Positions 36,103 to 42,876 of a stretch of DNA of 63,835 nucleotides are shown here, piece after piece. The translations under genes and the position numbers were made by a program. The notes beneath the pieces were generated by a model. The model was given only the letters and a program-made list of their open reading frames with translations. It had not been told where the DNA came from and made no database searches. Within the stretch, counting starts at the first letter, position 1; every line of letters starts with the position of its first letter. This DNA comes from an uncultured Candidatus Saccharibacteria bacterium (lineage in GTDB: Bacteria; Patescibacteriota; Minisyncoccia; UBA6257; 2-01-FULL-56-20). The stretch is from contig CAYJWW010000001.1 in NCBI GenBank assembly GCA_964374065.1, forward strand, positions 1 to 63,835, written 5' to 3'.

Positions 36103-36906
36103 ATGAAAACTCCGACCGATGAAGAGGCCTGGGAAGCCGCGCTCGATCTGGCGCTCCAGGAACGATACGACGCGTACCACCGCGAGGAAGCGCGACAATC
36201 GAAGATCGGGAGAAAGCTCCGCGCCGAGCACGAGAGCATCAAAACGGGCGACCTCGAAGTGCTCGCCGAGCATCCGAAGGCAGGCGAGCTCATGGACGAG
36301 GCCCGCGAGTATGCGGCCCTCCAGACCGCGCGCGATGATGCGATCCGCGCAAGCATCTTGGGCGAGCTCTCACAGAACGTGGGCGAGATGCGGGCGTACG
36401 ACTACCGAACTCCGGCCCAAATCGCGGAGTTCTACCTCGCGAACTACGACCGGATGGCCCACTTCGTGGCCCCGGATGCCGAGAGGGCGTGGCGCGCGTT
36501 CTGCGAAACGATCGCGGCGTGGGATGTCCCCGCGATCTTCGCTGGTCTCTGCCGCCTCCTTGAGTTGGCGAAAGCGGAACTCCTCCGAACCGGACTCCCG
36601 CCGACGCCGGTGCGGCGAGGCGAGGAACGGAAGCCGGGAACAGATGACCAGCTGCTTTTCGCGCTCCCCTTCGGGGTTCTGCGCATCGCAAACGCGAAGC
36701 CCACGGCGGAACAGCTCCCCCACTTCTTCGACGGGAGCTTGCTCGACGACTTCGACGACGAGTCCGCCCTAAGGGACTGGGGGCAATTCCTCGAAGCCGC
36801 ATCCAAATGCGACGTCGCGCACATGCTCGAGGGGCTCTCCGGCACGCTCTCGTCGGTCATGAGCGAACTGCTCTTTACGGAACTGCCGCAGCCGAAGGCG
36901 GAGTAG
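36103..36906 (+). CDS. acidic hypothetical protein (267 aa)
   Basis: The frame with coherent helical, acidic composition is MKTPTDEEAWEAALDLALQERYD. The alternative overlapping frames are Arg/Ser-rich artefacts. Confidence 0.6.
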   Translation: MKTPTDEEAWEAALDLALQERYDAYHREEARQSKIGRKLRAEHESIKTGDLEVLAEHPKAGELMDEAREYAALQTARDDAIRASILGELSQNVGEMRAYDYRTPAQIAEFYLANYDRMAHFVAPDAERAWRAFCETIAAWDVPAIFAGLCRLLELAKAELLRTGLPPTPVRRGEERKPGTDDQLLFALPFGVLRIANAKPTAEQLPHFFDGSLLDDFDDESALRDWGQFLEAASKCDVAHMLEGLSGTLSSVMSELLFTELPQPKAE

Positions 36907-36925
36907 GAACTTCCCCGAATCCAAC

Positions 36926-36949
36926 ACGGCCCGACTAGAACGTCGGGCC
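36926..36949. terminator. hairpin between convergent genes (no clear U-tract)
   Basis: CGGCCCGAC-TAGAAC-GTCGGGCCG. The stem sequence is nearly identical to the hairpin at 36008. Confidence 0.4.
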
Positions 36950-36955
36950 GAAGTA

Positions 36956-37888
36956 TCACCGCAACTGGACCACGTCGCCGTCCTCCAGGCGGTGCTCCAG
37001 GCCGACTTCCTGCCCGGGGAACTTGCCGGACGGCCCCCAGATCGCGGCGCACGTAACGTGTTCCAGCATCTCTCCGTGAATCTTCAACGCAAGCTCCTTG
37101 ATCGTGCTCTGCACCGGCAAAAGAATCGGCTTTTCAGATGCGATCCCATTTTTGTCTTTGGGGAAGATCCGGATCAGCCCGAGCATCTCCCAAATCTTCA
37201 TTTTTAATTCGTGAAGCCCTTCTCCGGTAACCGCAGATACGGGGAGAACCGCGACGTTCGCAAACTGCGCGTTGATCGCGTCCAGGCTGCGCCTCGAATC
37301 AGGAAGATCCGACTTATTCGCCGCGACGAGCCGGATATCCGCGATCCCGACCGCCCGGATTTCGGCAAGGATTTTGCGCAGTTCCTCCGGACCATCCGCC
37401 AAACTGCAGACCACGATCACAAAATCAGCCCCTTTCGCAACCGAAAGAAGTTTCCTCCCCATGCCCCTGCCTTCGTGGGCTCCTTCGATCAGCCCCGGCA
37501 CCTCGACGAGCTGTACCTGGGCGCCGTATATGTCGCAGATGGCGGGAACCGGCTTCAAGGTCGTAAAGGCATACGGTGCGACTTTCGTCTGAACGGCGGT
37601 GAGCGCTCGAAGGAGCGAGGACTTCCCCGCATTCGGGGCTCCCACGATCGCGACCTGCGCGTCTCCCTTTTTTTCTACCGCAAACCACTCCCTCCGCGTG
37701 GAAGATTTTCTGACCTTCGCTTCCGCGAGTTCCGCCTTGAGCCACTTGCGGATCTCTCCGTAGGGACCCGTGCGATAGCCGGGGAGTTCGGCGATGAGTT
37801 TCCGTATCTCCTTGATCTTTTCGGATCCGGCTTTCCCCTCGAGCCGCTTTTTCGCCTGTTGCTTAAAGATGATATGTGGTATTGCCAT
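36956..37888 (-). CDS. OBG/DRG-type GTPase with C-terminal TGS domain
   Basis: G1 GAPNAGKSSL, G3 VEVPGLIEGA, G4 NKSD, and a C-terminal TGS-like DGDVVQL. Confidence 0.85.
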   Translation of the reverse strand: MAIPHIIFKQQAKKRLEGKAGSEKIKEIRKLIAELPGYRTGPYGEIRKWLKAELAEAKVRKSSTRREWFAVEKKGDAQVAIVGAPNAGKSSLLRALTAVQTKVAPYAFTTLKPVPAICDIYGAQVQLVEVPGLIEGAHEGRGMGRKLLSVAKGADFVIVVCSLADGPEELRKILAEIRAVGIADIRLVAANKSDLPDSRRSLDAINAQFANVAVLPVSAVTGEGLHELKMKIWEMLGLIRIFPKDKNGIASEKPILLPVQSTIKELALKIHGEMLEHVTCAAIWGPSGKFPGQEVGLEHRLEDGDVVQLR

Positions 37889-37950
37889 GGTTTCTTGATT
37901 CTTGGTTTTTCGTCCCTTCGCCGTTCACTCAGGGCCGTTTCCGCGCGTCG

Positions 37951-37980
37951 AAAACAAAAAAGCCCTGCATGGGCTTTTCT
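37951..37980. terminator. bidirectional intrinsic terminator
   Basis: AAAACAAAAA-AGCCC-TGCAT-GGGCT-TTTCT. On the minus strand the hairpin is followed by TTTTTTGTTTTC. Confidence 0.7.
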
Positions 37981-38007
37981 CCAAAACGCTGCGCCCTTGC
38001 CGCTTTT

Positions 38008-38103
38008 CTACGATTTTGAAGAAAATGTTCCCATGCAAAAACAAGCCCGACCCGTGGCTCCCTTGAAGTTCCCGTAGAGAATGAACGTTTTGAGCTTTTT
38101 CAT
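38008..38103 (-). CDS. candidate leaderless micro-ORF (31 aa) MKKLKTFILYGNFKGATGRACFCMGTFSSKS
   Basis: The ATG sits 7 nt after a TTGACG-17-TACCAT promoter-like element. The ORF is followed by the strong terminator at 37951-37980. Coding status is uncertain and it could be an sRNA. Confidence 0.25.
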   Translation of the reverse strand: MKKLKTFILYGNFKGATGRACFCMGTFSSKS

Positions 38104-38110
38104 GTGCCTG

Positions 38111-38139
38111 ATGGTATGAAATTCAGCGGCTCGCGTCAA
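38111..38139 (-). promoter_or_regulatory. sigma70-type promoter-like element (TTGACG-17-TACCAT)
   Basis: Read on the minus strand. It lies between the terminator of the upstream HExxH gene (38193-38217) and the micro-ORF. Confidence 0.45.
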
Positions 38140-38192
38140 ATTGATCAAAGAGGCCGCGCTTCGTTGCGGAATCCGTCGCCTTAAAAATGTTT

Positions 38193-38217
38193 GGGGCGGC
38201 TCGCGATGAGCCGCCCC
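38193..38217 (-). terminator. intrinsic terminator of the HExxH protein gene
   Basis: GGGGCGGCTC-GCGAT-GAGCCGCCCC (10-bp stem), followed on the minus strand by CAAACATTTTTAA. Confidence 0.75.
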
Positions 38218-38234
38218 GTACTGGTGCGCTTTTC

Positions 38235-39197
38235 TTACTGGAAGTTCTTGGTCGCCCGGATGATCCAGCCGTACGCCTCGGGCTTCTCCGCGCCGCGCCC
38301 GCGGCGGTCGAGGTAGTCGAAGGCCACCGCGATGTAATGAGCAATGCTCATGTGCAAGGCGGCCTGGCGATCGAGAGTTTCACCGAAAGCTTTTTCGAGC
38401 TCCCGCAGATCAGCGGCCGTGAGGCCCGAGAGCAGCTGCCGGCAGCCCCATGCGCGCCTGCCGCTCAAGCGGCGAACCGCATCCTGATACTGCCCGCCGC
38501 TCAGGTTCACGAGCATCCGGAAGCTCGCCTCATGCGCAATAGCCTCTTCCTCGTTCGCCGGCGCCACGACGCCTCTCTGCTTGCGGCTCAAATGCGTACC
38601 CTCGTGGTTCACGATGACCGCGAGGAAGATCCGATTGTACCGGACGGCGGGCAGGAAGAATCCGTCTCCCCGCGGCGCGGCCATGAGCGGACTTTCGTAT
38701 CGCCTCGATACGTCCGCCATTTGATCCTGGGGGACAAGGCCCACGAACGGCAGTTGCCCCTCGATCACTCCCACCACATTCTGGTCGTCCGGCAAGCGAA
38801 CCGCGATCGCCGGATTGGGGAGCGCCTGTCGGACCTCCGGGTCCGCAACGGATAGGGCTTCGAGGAAGCGTTCCCGGAATTCGCGGAATGCCTCGAGTTG
38901 CTCCTGGGGCTCGTGGTGGGTCTTGAGCCACCATGTTTCCGGCTCGCGATTTACGACATACTCCGCGATCGCCTGCCGCATGTTCCGGCCGGCGCGATGG
39001 TCGGCGAACGCATCACAGGCAAACCATGCGCCCAGAACCGCGCTCGCCACAACGATAATCCCGAAGATGCGCCGCACATGGGCGCGGCTGATCCGGGGCG
39101 GCGGCGGCGCGGGCTGAGTGCGCCGTGCGGCTCTTGCTCTCCGCTGGGACACGGAACCTCCTTCCTTCAAGATGCGAACATGTGATTCGGTTCTCAA
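38235..39197 (-). CDS. membrane-anchored putative zinc metallopeptidase (HExxH)
   Basis: One TM helix (IFGIIVVASAVLGAWFA), then VNHEGTHLS (HExxH) and a downstream EEEAIAHEASF as a possible third ligand. The true start may be the GTG at 39152, behind AAGGAGG. Confidence 0.6.
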   Translation of the reverse strand: MRTESHVRILKEGGSVSQRRARAARRTQPAPPPPRISRAHVRRIFGIIVVASAVLGAWFACDAFADHRAGRNMRQAIAEYVVNREPETWWLKTHHEPQEQLEAFREFRERFLEALSVADPEVRQALPNPAIAVRLPDDQNVVGVIEGQLPFVGLVPQDQMADVSRRYESPLMAAPRGDGFFLPAVRYNRIFLAVIVNHEGTHLSRKQRGVVAPANEEEAIAHEASFRMLVNLSGGQYQDAVRRLSGRRAWGCRQLLSGLTAADLRELEKAFGETLDRQAALHMSIAHYIAVAFDYLDRRGRGAEKPEAYGWIIRATKNFQ

Positions 39198-39266
39198 ATA
39201 ATGCCTTCTGGGGACTGAAGTGTAGGCGGAAGATCCGCGGCAGTCAAGGAACGCGGCGTGATCCTC

Positions 39267-39488
39267 TTAAACTAAGTGCTTGTTGCGGGAAGTAAAACCG
39301 GAGCCTTGCTTCAGGTATTTTTCAAAGTCTAGAGCTTTTTTCTTATCCCAAAAACAACAATACCAAACAAGTTTAAACGGGACTTTGCTCGCAGTATGTT
39401 TTGATACATGCCAATTGTGATTCTTAACACGACCATCGGGATCCTCGCTGAAACCGGCGTAATAGCTTTTATCTTTTTCACTTCGCAC
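39267..39488 (-). CDS. GIY-YIG nuclease-family small protein, probably 5'-degenerate
   Basis: SEKDKSYYAGFSEDPDGRVKNHN...PFKLVWYCCFWDKKKALDFEKYLKQG matches the short GIY-YIG (URI) domain layout. The first strand reads NFLV with only a GTG start and no ATG upstream in frame. The region is low-GC. Confidence 0.55.
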   Translation of the reverse strand: MRSEKDKSYYAGFSEDPDGRVKNHNWHVSKHTASKVPFKLVWYCCFWDKKKALDFEKYLKQGSGFTSRNKHLV

Positions 39489-39520
39489 AAGAAAGTTTCC
39501 TCCCCCGCCCCTCCATTTTT

Positions 39521-39545
39521 TGCCCGCTCGCCGGATTTACTCTAG
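39521..39545 (+). repeat. left inverted repeat flanking the Cys-rich gene
   Basis: TGCCCGCTCGCCGGATTTACTctAG. 21/21 nt (23/25 overall) are identical to the reverse complement of 41368-41392. Confidence 0.95.
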
Positions 39546-39562
39546 GGCCAAGTGGAGATATA

Positions 39563-41365
39563 ATGGAGATAATGAGTACGGAAACTCGCCGATGCCAAAG
39601 TTGTAAAACCCAGTTTACGATTGAACCGGAGGACTTTCTGTTTTACAAAAAAATCAATGTCCCTCCACCGACTTTTTGTCCCGAATGCAGGATGATCCGG
39701 CGAATGAATTTCAGGAATGCTCGGGTGATGTACAAAAGAAAAGTTGAGCAGGCGAATTTGGAGGTTTTTTCTTCTTTTTCTCCCGATACACCCCTCACCA
39801 TCTATGAGCAAAGCTATTGGTGGTCTGGTGATTGGGACGCTATGCAGCGGGGCAAGCCGTATGACTTTTCACGACCGTTTTTTGTTCAACTCAAAGAACT
39901 GATGCAAAGAGTCCCGTGGCCATCTGGTTACAATCTCCGATCAGTAAACAGCGATTATTGCAACAATGTTACAGATTTGAAAAATTGCCATCTTTTATTC
40001 AATTCAGGATTTTCCGAATCCTCTGCCTATGGAGCGGAAATGTTGCGGTGCAATGAAGTTTTTGATTCAACCAAAGTCATCGGATGCGAATTATCCTATG
40101 AACTCCTTGATTGTGAAAAGTGCAATCGCGCTTTTTTCTCTCAGGATTGCGTTGGATGTTCAGAAATTTATTTTTCTCAAAATCTAACAGATTGCCATAA
40201 CTGCTTCGGGTGTATCAATCTCCGCCACAAGCAATACCGTATTTTCAATGAGCAGTACACAAAAGCGGAATACAAGGAATTTCTGAACAAGATCAACCTC
40301 GGCTCTTACAAGGTTGTTGAGGAAATGAAAGAAAAAAGTGTGAGCCACTATTTTCACTTCCCGCGGAGGTATGTGCATGGACAAAACAACAACAACGTAA
40401 GCGGCGATTACTTGGATCATTCAAAGAATACCCACCGTTCCTACTTGTGCAGAGAAATGGAGGATTGCAAGTATTGTCAGCTGATACTTTTTTTGCCCAG
40501 CCGAGAATCATATGACATGACAGTGGCCGGAGGGGAGTTATGTTATGAAGTTGAGGAAGGCGGGGGTTATGGCGTTAAATTTTCGTGGCTTGCATTGCCT
40601 AAAAATCTGAAAACGAGACAAATAAATCTTTTCGATATGGAATATTCGATGGAATGTTTTGATTCGTCATATCTTTTCGGGTGCATAGGTCTCAAAAATA
40701 AGCAGTACTGTATTTTGAACACGCAGTATACAAAAGAAGAATACGCAGAGTTGGTGCCGAAAGTTATTGATCACATGAACTCCATGCCATACACCGATAC
40801 AATGGGGCGTACTTATAAGTACGGAGAGTTTTTCCCGGTTGACCTTTCGCCTTTCGGATACAACGAGACAATCGCACAAGAATATTCCCCTTTGACAAAA
40901 AAAGAAGCGGTCGCGCGGGGTTATGCTTGGAGAGATACTGACGAGCAAAACTACAAGGCAACGGTTGAAGACAACGAACTCCCCGATAGCATTGACGAGG
41001 TAAAGGATTCGATCATCAATGAAAAAATTCATTGTGCTCATTCCGGGAAATGCAACGATGGTTGCACTTCCGTTTTCCGTATTATTCCGATTGAATTGCA
41101 ATTTTATCGAAGATTTAATCTCCCGATTCCGAGATTGTGCTCCAACTGCCGCTATTACCAACGAATCGTAAAACGAAATCCTTTACGTCTTTGGCGACGC
41201 AAATGCACATGTGGCGGAAACAAATCAGAGAACGGCGTTTATCAAAACACAACCGTACACTCTCACGCCGAGAATCCTTGCCCGAACCGGCTCGAGACCT
41301 CTTATGCGCCAGAGAAACCGGAGATTGTCTACTGCGAGCAGTGCTATAACAAGGAGATAGTTTAG
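39563..41365 (+). CDS. 600-aa Cys-rich protein with terminal zinc-ribbon modules and internal duplication; family not recognised
   Basis: N-terminus CQSCKTQFTIEPEDFLFYKKINVPPPTFCPECR; C-terminus CTSVFRIIPIELQFYRRFNLPIPRLCSNCR. Internal duplicates CFGCINLRHKQYRIFNEQYTKAEYKEF and LFGCIGLKNKQYCILNTQYTKEEYAEL. Many evenly spaced Cys. Low-GC. Confidence 0.8.
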   Translation: MEIMSTETRRCQSCKTQFTIEPEDFLFYKKINVPPPTFCPECRMIRRMNFRNARVMYKRKVEQANLEVFSSFSPDTPLTIYEQSYWWSGDWDAMQRGKPYDFSRPFFVQLKELMQRVPWPSGYNLRSVNSDYCNNVTDLKNCHLLFNSGFSESSAYGAEMLRCNEVFDSTKVIGCELSYELLDCEKCNRAFFSQDCVGCSEIYFSQNLTDCHNCFGCINLRHKQYRIFNEQYTKAEYKEFLNKINLGSYKVVEEMKEKSVSHYFHFPRRYVHGQNNNNVSGDYLDHSKNTHRSYLCREMEDCKYCQLILFLPSRESYDMTVAGGELCYEVEEGGGYGVKFSWLALPKNLKTRQINLFDMEYSMECFDSSYLFGCIGLKNKQYCILNTQYTKEEYAELVPKVIDHMNSMPYTDTMGRTYKYGEFFPVDLSPFGYNETIAQEYSPLTKKEAVARGYAWRDTDEQNYKATVEDNELPDSIDEVKDSIINEKIHCAHSGKCNDGCTSVFRIIPIELQFYRRFNLPIPRLCSNCRYYQRIVKRNPLRLWRRKCTCGGNKSENGVYQNTTVHSHAENPCPNRLETSYAPEKPEIVYCEQCYNKEIV

Positions 41366-41367
41366 TC

Positions 41368-41392
41368 CTGAAGTAAATCCGGCGAGCGGGCA
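41368..41392 (-). repeat. right inverted repeat flanking the Cys-rich gene
   Basis: The reverse complement reads TGCCCGCTCGCCGGATTTACTtcAG. It begins 3 nt after the stop codon. Confidence 0.95.
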
Positions 41393-41531
41393 TCGCTCCG
41401 CCTGCCCGATAGGGCAGAACGCCTCAATAAAGTTTTCTTCTTCCTTATTTGAACTTTTTGGGGGCGTGCGCGAAATCCGAGAACAATGTGAAACCCGCAA
41501 GTTGCGAGTTTTGCGATTTTCAGCGAAGAAG

Positions 41532-41846
41532 TGGAGATGGAGGGAATCGAACCCTCGTCTAAAGATGAAGCCAATGAACCTTCTACGAGCGTGTTTCGGT
41601 TGGGAACCGAACGAAGGCGATCCTGAATTTTCGTCCGAGGACCAGGATCGTCATCCTCGGCTTAACCTCCTTATATAAGACCGTACGATGCCTAAGAGGT
41701 ACAGGCGAGGCGGTCCTCTGGCTTACGCGTAAGCGAATGCCGGAGCTGCAACGTTTCGGTTGGCAGTTAAATTGATTTGCGAGTTTTGCGACGTCGCGGT
41801 CGGCTCGCCAGCCCACGGCCAATCTTCATCGAAGCCGTGCATCCCC
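41532..41846 (-). ncRNA. ssrA: tmRNA (ssrA), tag ANRNVAAPAFAYA
   Basis: 5' GGGGATGCACGGCTTCGA and 3' GAGGGTTCGATTCCCTCCATCTCCA form an acceptor stem with a G3:U pair. The internal ORF GCC AAC CGA AAC GTT GCA GCT CCG GCA TTC GCT TAC GCG TAA lies at 41723-41764. Confidence 0.9.
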
Positions 41847-41869
41847 GTATATAGTTTTCAATCGCGAAC

Positions 41870-41898
41870 AGTATAACCGAGAATTGCTGAAAAGTCAA
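41870..41898 (-). promoter_or_regulatory. near-consensus sigma70-type promoter of ssrA
   Basis: The minus strand reads TTGACT-17 nt-TATACT. The -10 ends about 23 nt upstream of the mature tmRNA 5' end. Confidence 0.6.
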
Positions 41899-42000
41899 AT
41901 CTTAGAGCGAGCGGTATACCGCATCACATACACAAGGCGACCCGCCGTTTCGGGGGTCGCCTTCGCGTTTCTTGACGGAAGCGGCTGTAACCGATAGCGT

Positions 42001-42246
42001 ATGAATAGTTTCATCCAAGCCGTGCTATATCGGAAAGGAGACACCGTGGCGCTTGTGAGGCTCATTGGATTTACGACGCTCGATTGCGGGTGCGTCATCG
42101 GCAGATACCGGGAGATAGGAACCCAGCGCGAGCTCGCATATGTTGAGGAAAAAGGTGCCTCCTGCACGAATACCACCCATAGGCGAAGCAGCCGATTCAC
42201 CGAGCCGCCTGCAAAACCGGCCGAACCGCGCCGGAAAACCGAGTGA
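42001..42246 (+). CDS. hypothetical small protein (81 aa)
   Basis: ORF with plausible composition (MNSFIQAVLYRKGDTVALVRLIGFTTLDCGCVIGRY). Its stop overlaps the next ORF. No SD. Confidence 0.4.
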   Translation: MNSFIQAVLYRKGDTVALVRLIGFTTLDCGCVIGRYREIGTQRELAYVEEKGASCTNTTHRRSSRFTEPPAKPAEPRRKTE

Positions 42247-42254
42247 GGTGTCTC

Positions 42255-42515
42255 ATGCCGAAACTCACGATCGAAGTGAATGAAGCGGTCCACACGCTCT
42301 TGGGCCAGCCGGAGATCCGCTTCCTCGGCGAAACTCCGGAGGAAGTCGCTTCGTTCCTCGTCAAAAACGGCTGCATCGAGCTCGTTGCGAAAGGCGGCCT
42401 GCTCGACCACCTAGGAAGCTCGTCAACTCGGCGCCCGCCAGCTCCACCGCGGACGGCAAGGCGCCACATTGGGACAAGTCATGGAATCGAAATTCATCGT
42501 CGGCGTGGCGAATAA
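42255..42515 (+). CDS. hypothetical small protein (86 aa)
   Basis: The ATG at 42255 follows GAGGTG. The N-terminal 55 aa look protein-like (MPKLTIEVNEAVHTLLGQPEIRFLGETPEEVASFLVKNG). The tail is Arg/Pro-rich and overlaps the next gene. Confidence 0.45.
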   Translation: MPKLTIEVNEAVHTLLGQPEIRFLGETPEEVASFLVKNGCIELVAKGGLLDHLGSSSTRRPPAPPRTARRHIGTSHGIEIHRRRGE

Positions 42516-42837
42516 AGTGAGTGCGACGTGGAACATCGAGGAGCGCCGAGCGCGGGTTGCGGTGTATCCGGACCAAGAGAGCGATGTTCCCACCCATCCG
42601 GAACATCTGAATCTCCACTTCGTCTGCGCGGGCGTTGAGGCGGCGAACACCGTGCTCCGCGCGCACGACATAAACGTGCGCCTGCATGAACGGCAGAACC
42701 GCGAACTCCCGATCCGCTTTACCATCTCCGAGCCGATCAAGGAACAAGAACGGCCGGACCAAGTGATGCGGCGGATCGTCCGCGAAGTGGAATCGCAATT
42801 CGCGATGAAGCTCCGGAAGATCGCCCTGAATCGGTAA
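42481..42837 (+). CDS. hypothetical protein (118 aa)
   Basis: MESKFIVGVANKVSATWNIEERRARVAVYPDQ. Balanced composition, followed directly by a strong terminator. Confidence 0.55.
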   Translation: MESKFIVGVANKVSATWNIEERRARVAVYPDQESDVPTHPEHLNLHFVCAGVEAANTVLRAHDINVRLHERQNRELPIRFTISEPIKEQERPDQVMRRIVREVESQFAMKLRKIALNR

Positions 42838-42876
42838 TCCCTCGTTTTGCAAGCAAGACGAGGGATTCGCGTTTTA
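42836..42876 (+). terminator. intrinsic terminator
   Basis: AATCCCTCGT-12 nt loop-ACGAGGGATT followed by CGCGTTTTA. Confidence 0.7.

Larger units (their letters stand above)
39521..41392 (+). mobile_element. candidate IR-bounded low-GC gene cassette (mobile or invertible status unproven)
   Basis: Perfect 21-bp terminal inverted repeats tightly bracket a single ORF. GC is clearly lower than in the flanks. The cassette is adjacent to the ssrA 3' end and a degenerate GIY-YIG gene. Confidence 0.3.

Noticed and set aside
35496-36356. N-terminal 287-aa extension of the thrC ORF (739-aa version in the track)
   Set aside because: The extension is Ser/Arg/Ala-rich nonsense and overlaps two better-supported plus-strand genes (35616 and 36103). 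Threonine synthase homology begins at MGMEFRYRHRCVGC (ATG 35495).
38123-38855. ORFs 38123-38344 (minus) and 38187-38855 (plus) around the HExxH gene
   Set aside because: Both are Arg/Ala/Pro-rich. One is antisense to the HExxH gene, and the other spans a terminator hairpin. Neither has motifs or translation signals.
39489-39540. Longer GIY-YIG reading frame extending upstream to 39539 (IRRAGKKWRGGGGNFLV...)
   Set aside because: The frame is open, but it contains no ATG, GTG or TTG before the GTG at 39488, and it runs into the left inverted repeat. It is treated as evidence of 5' degeneration rather than as coding sequence.
41895-42410. 171-aa minus-strand ORF between ssrA and the small-gene trio
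   Set aside because: Its translation is Arg/Ser/Phe-rich. It overlaps the ssrA promoter region and two plus-strand ORFs with better composition. It has no SD or terminator logic.
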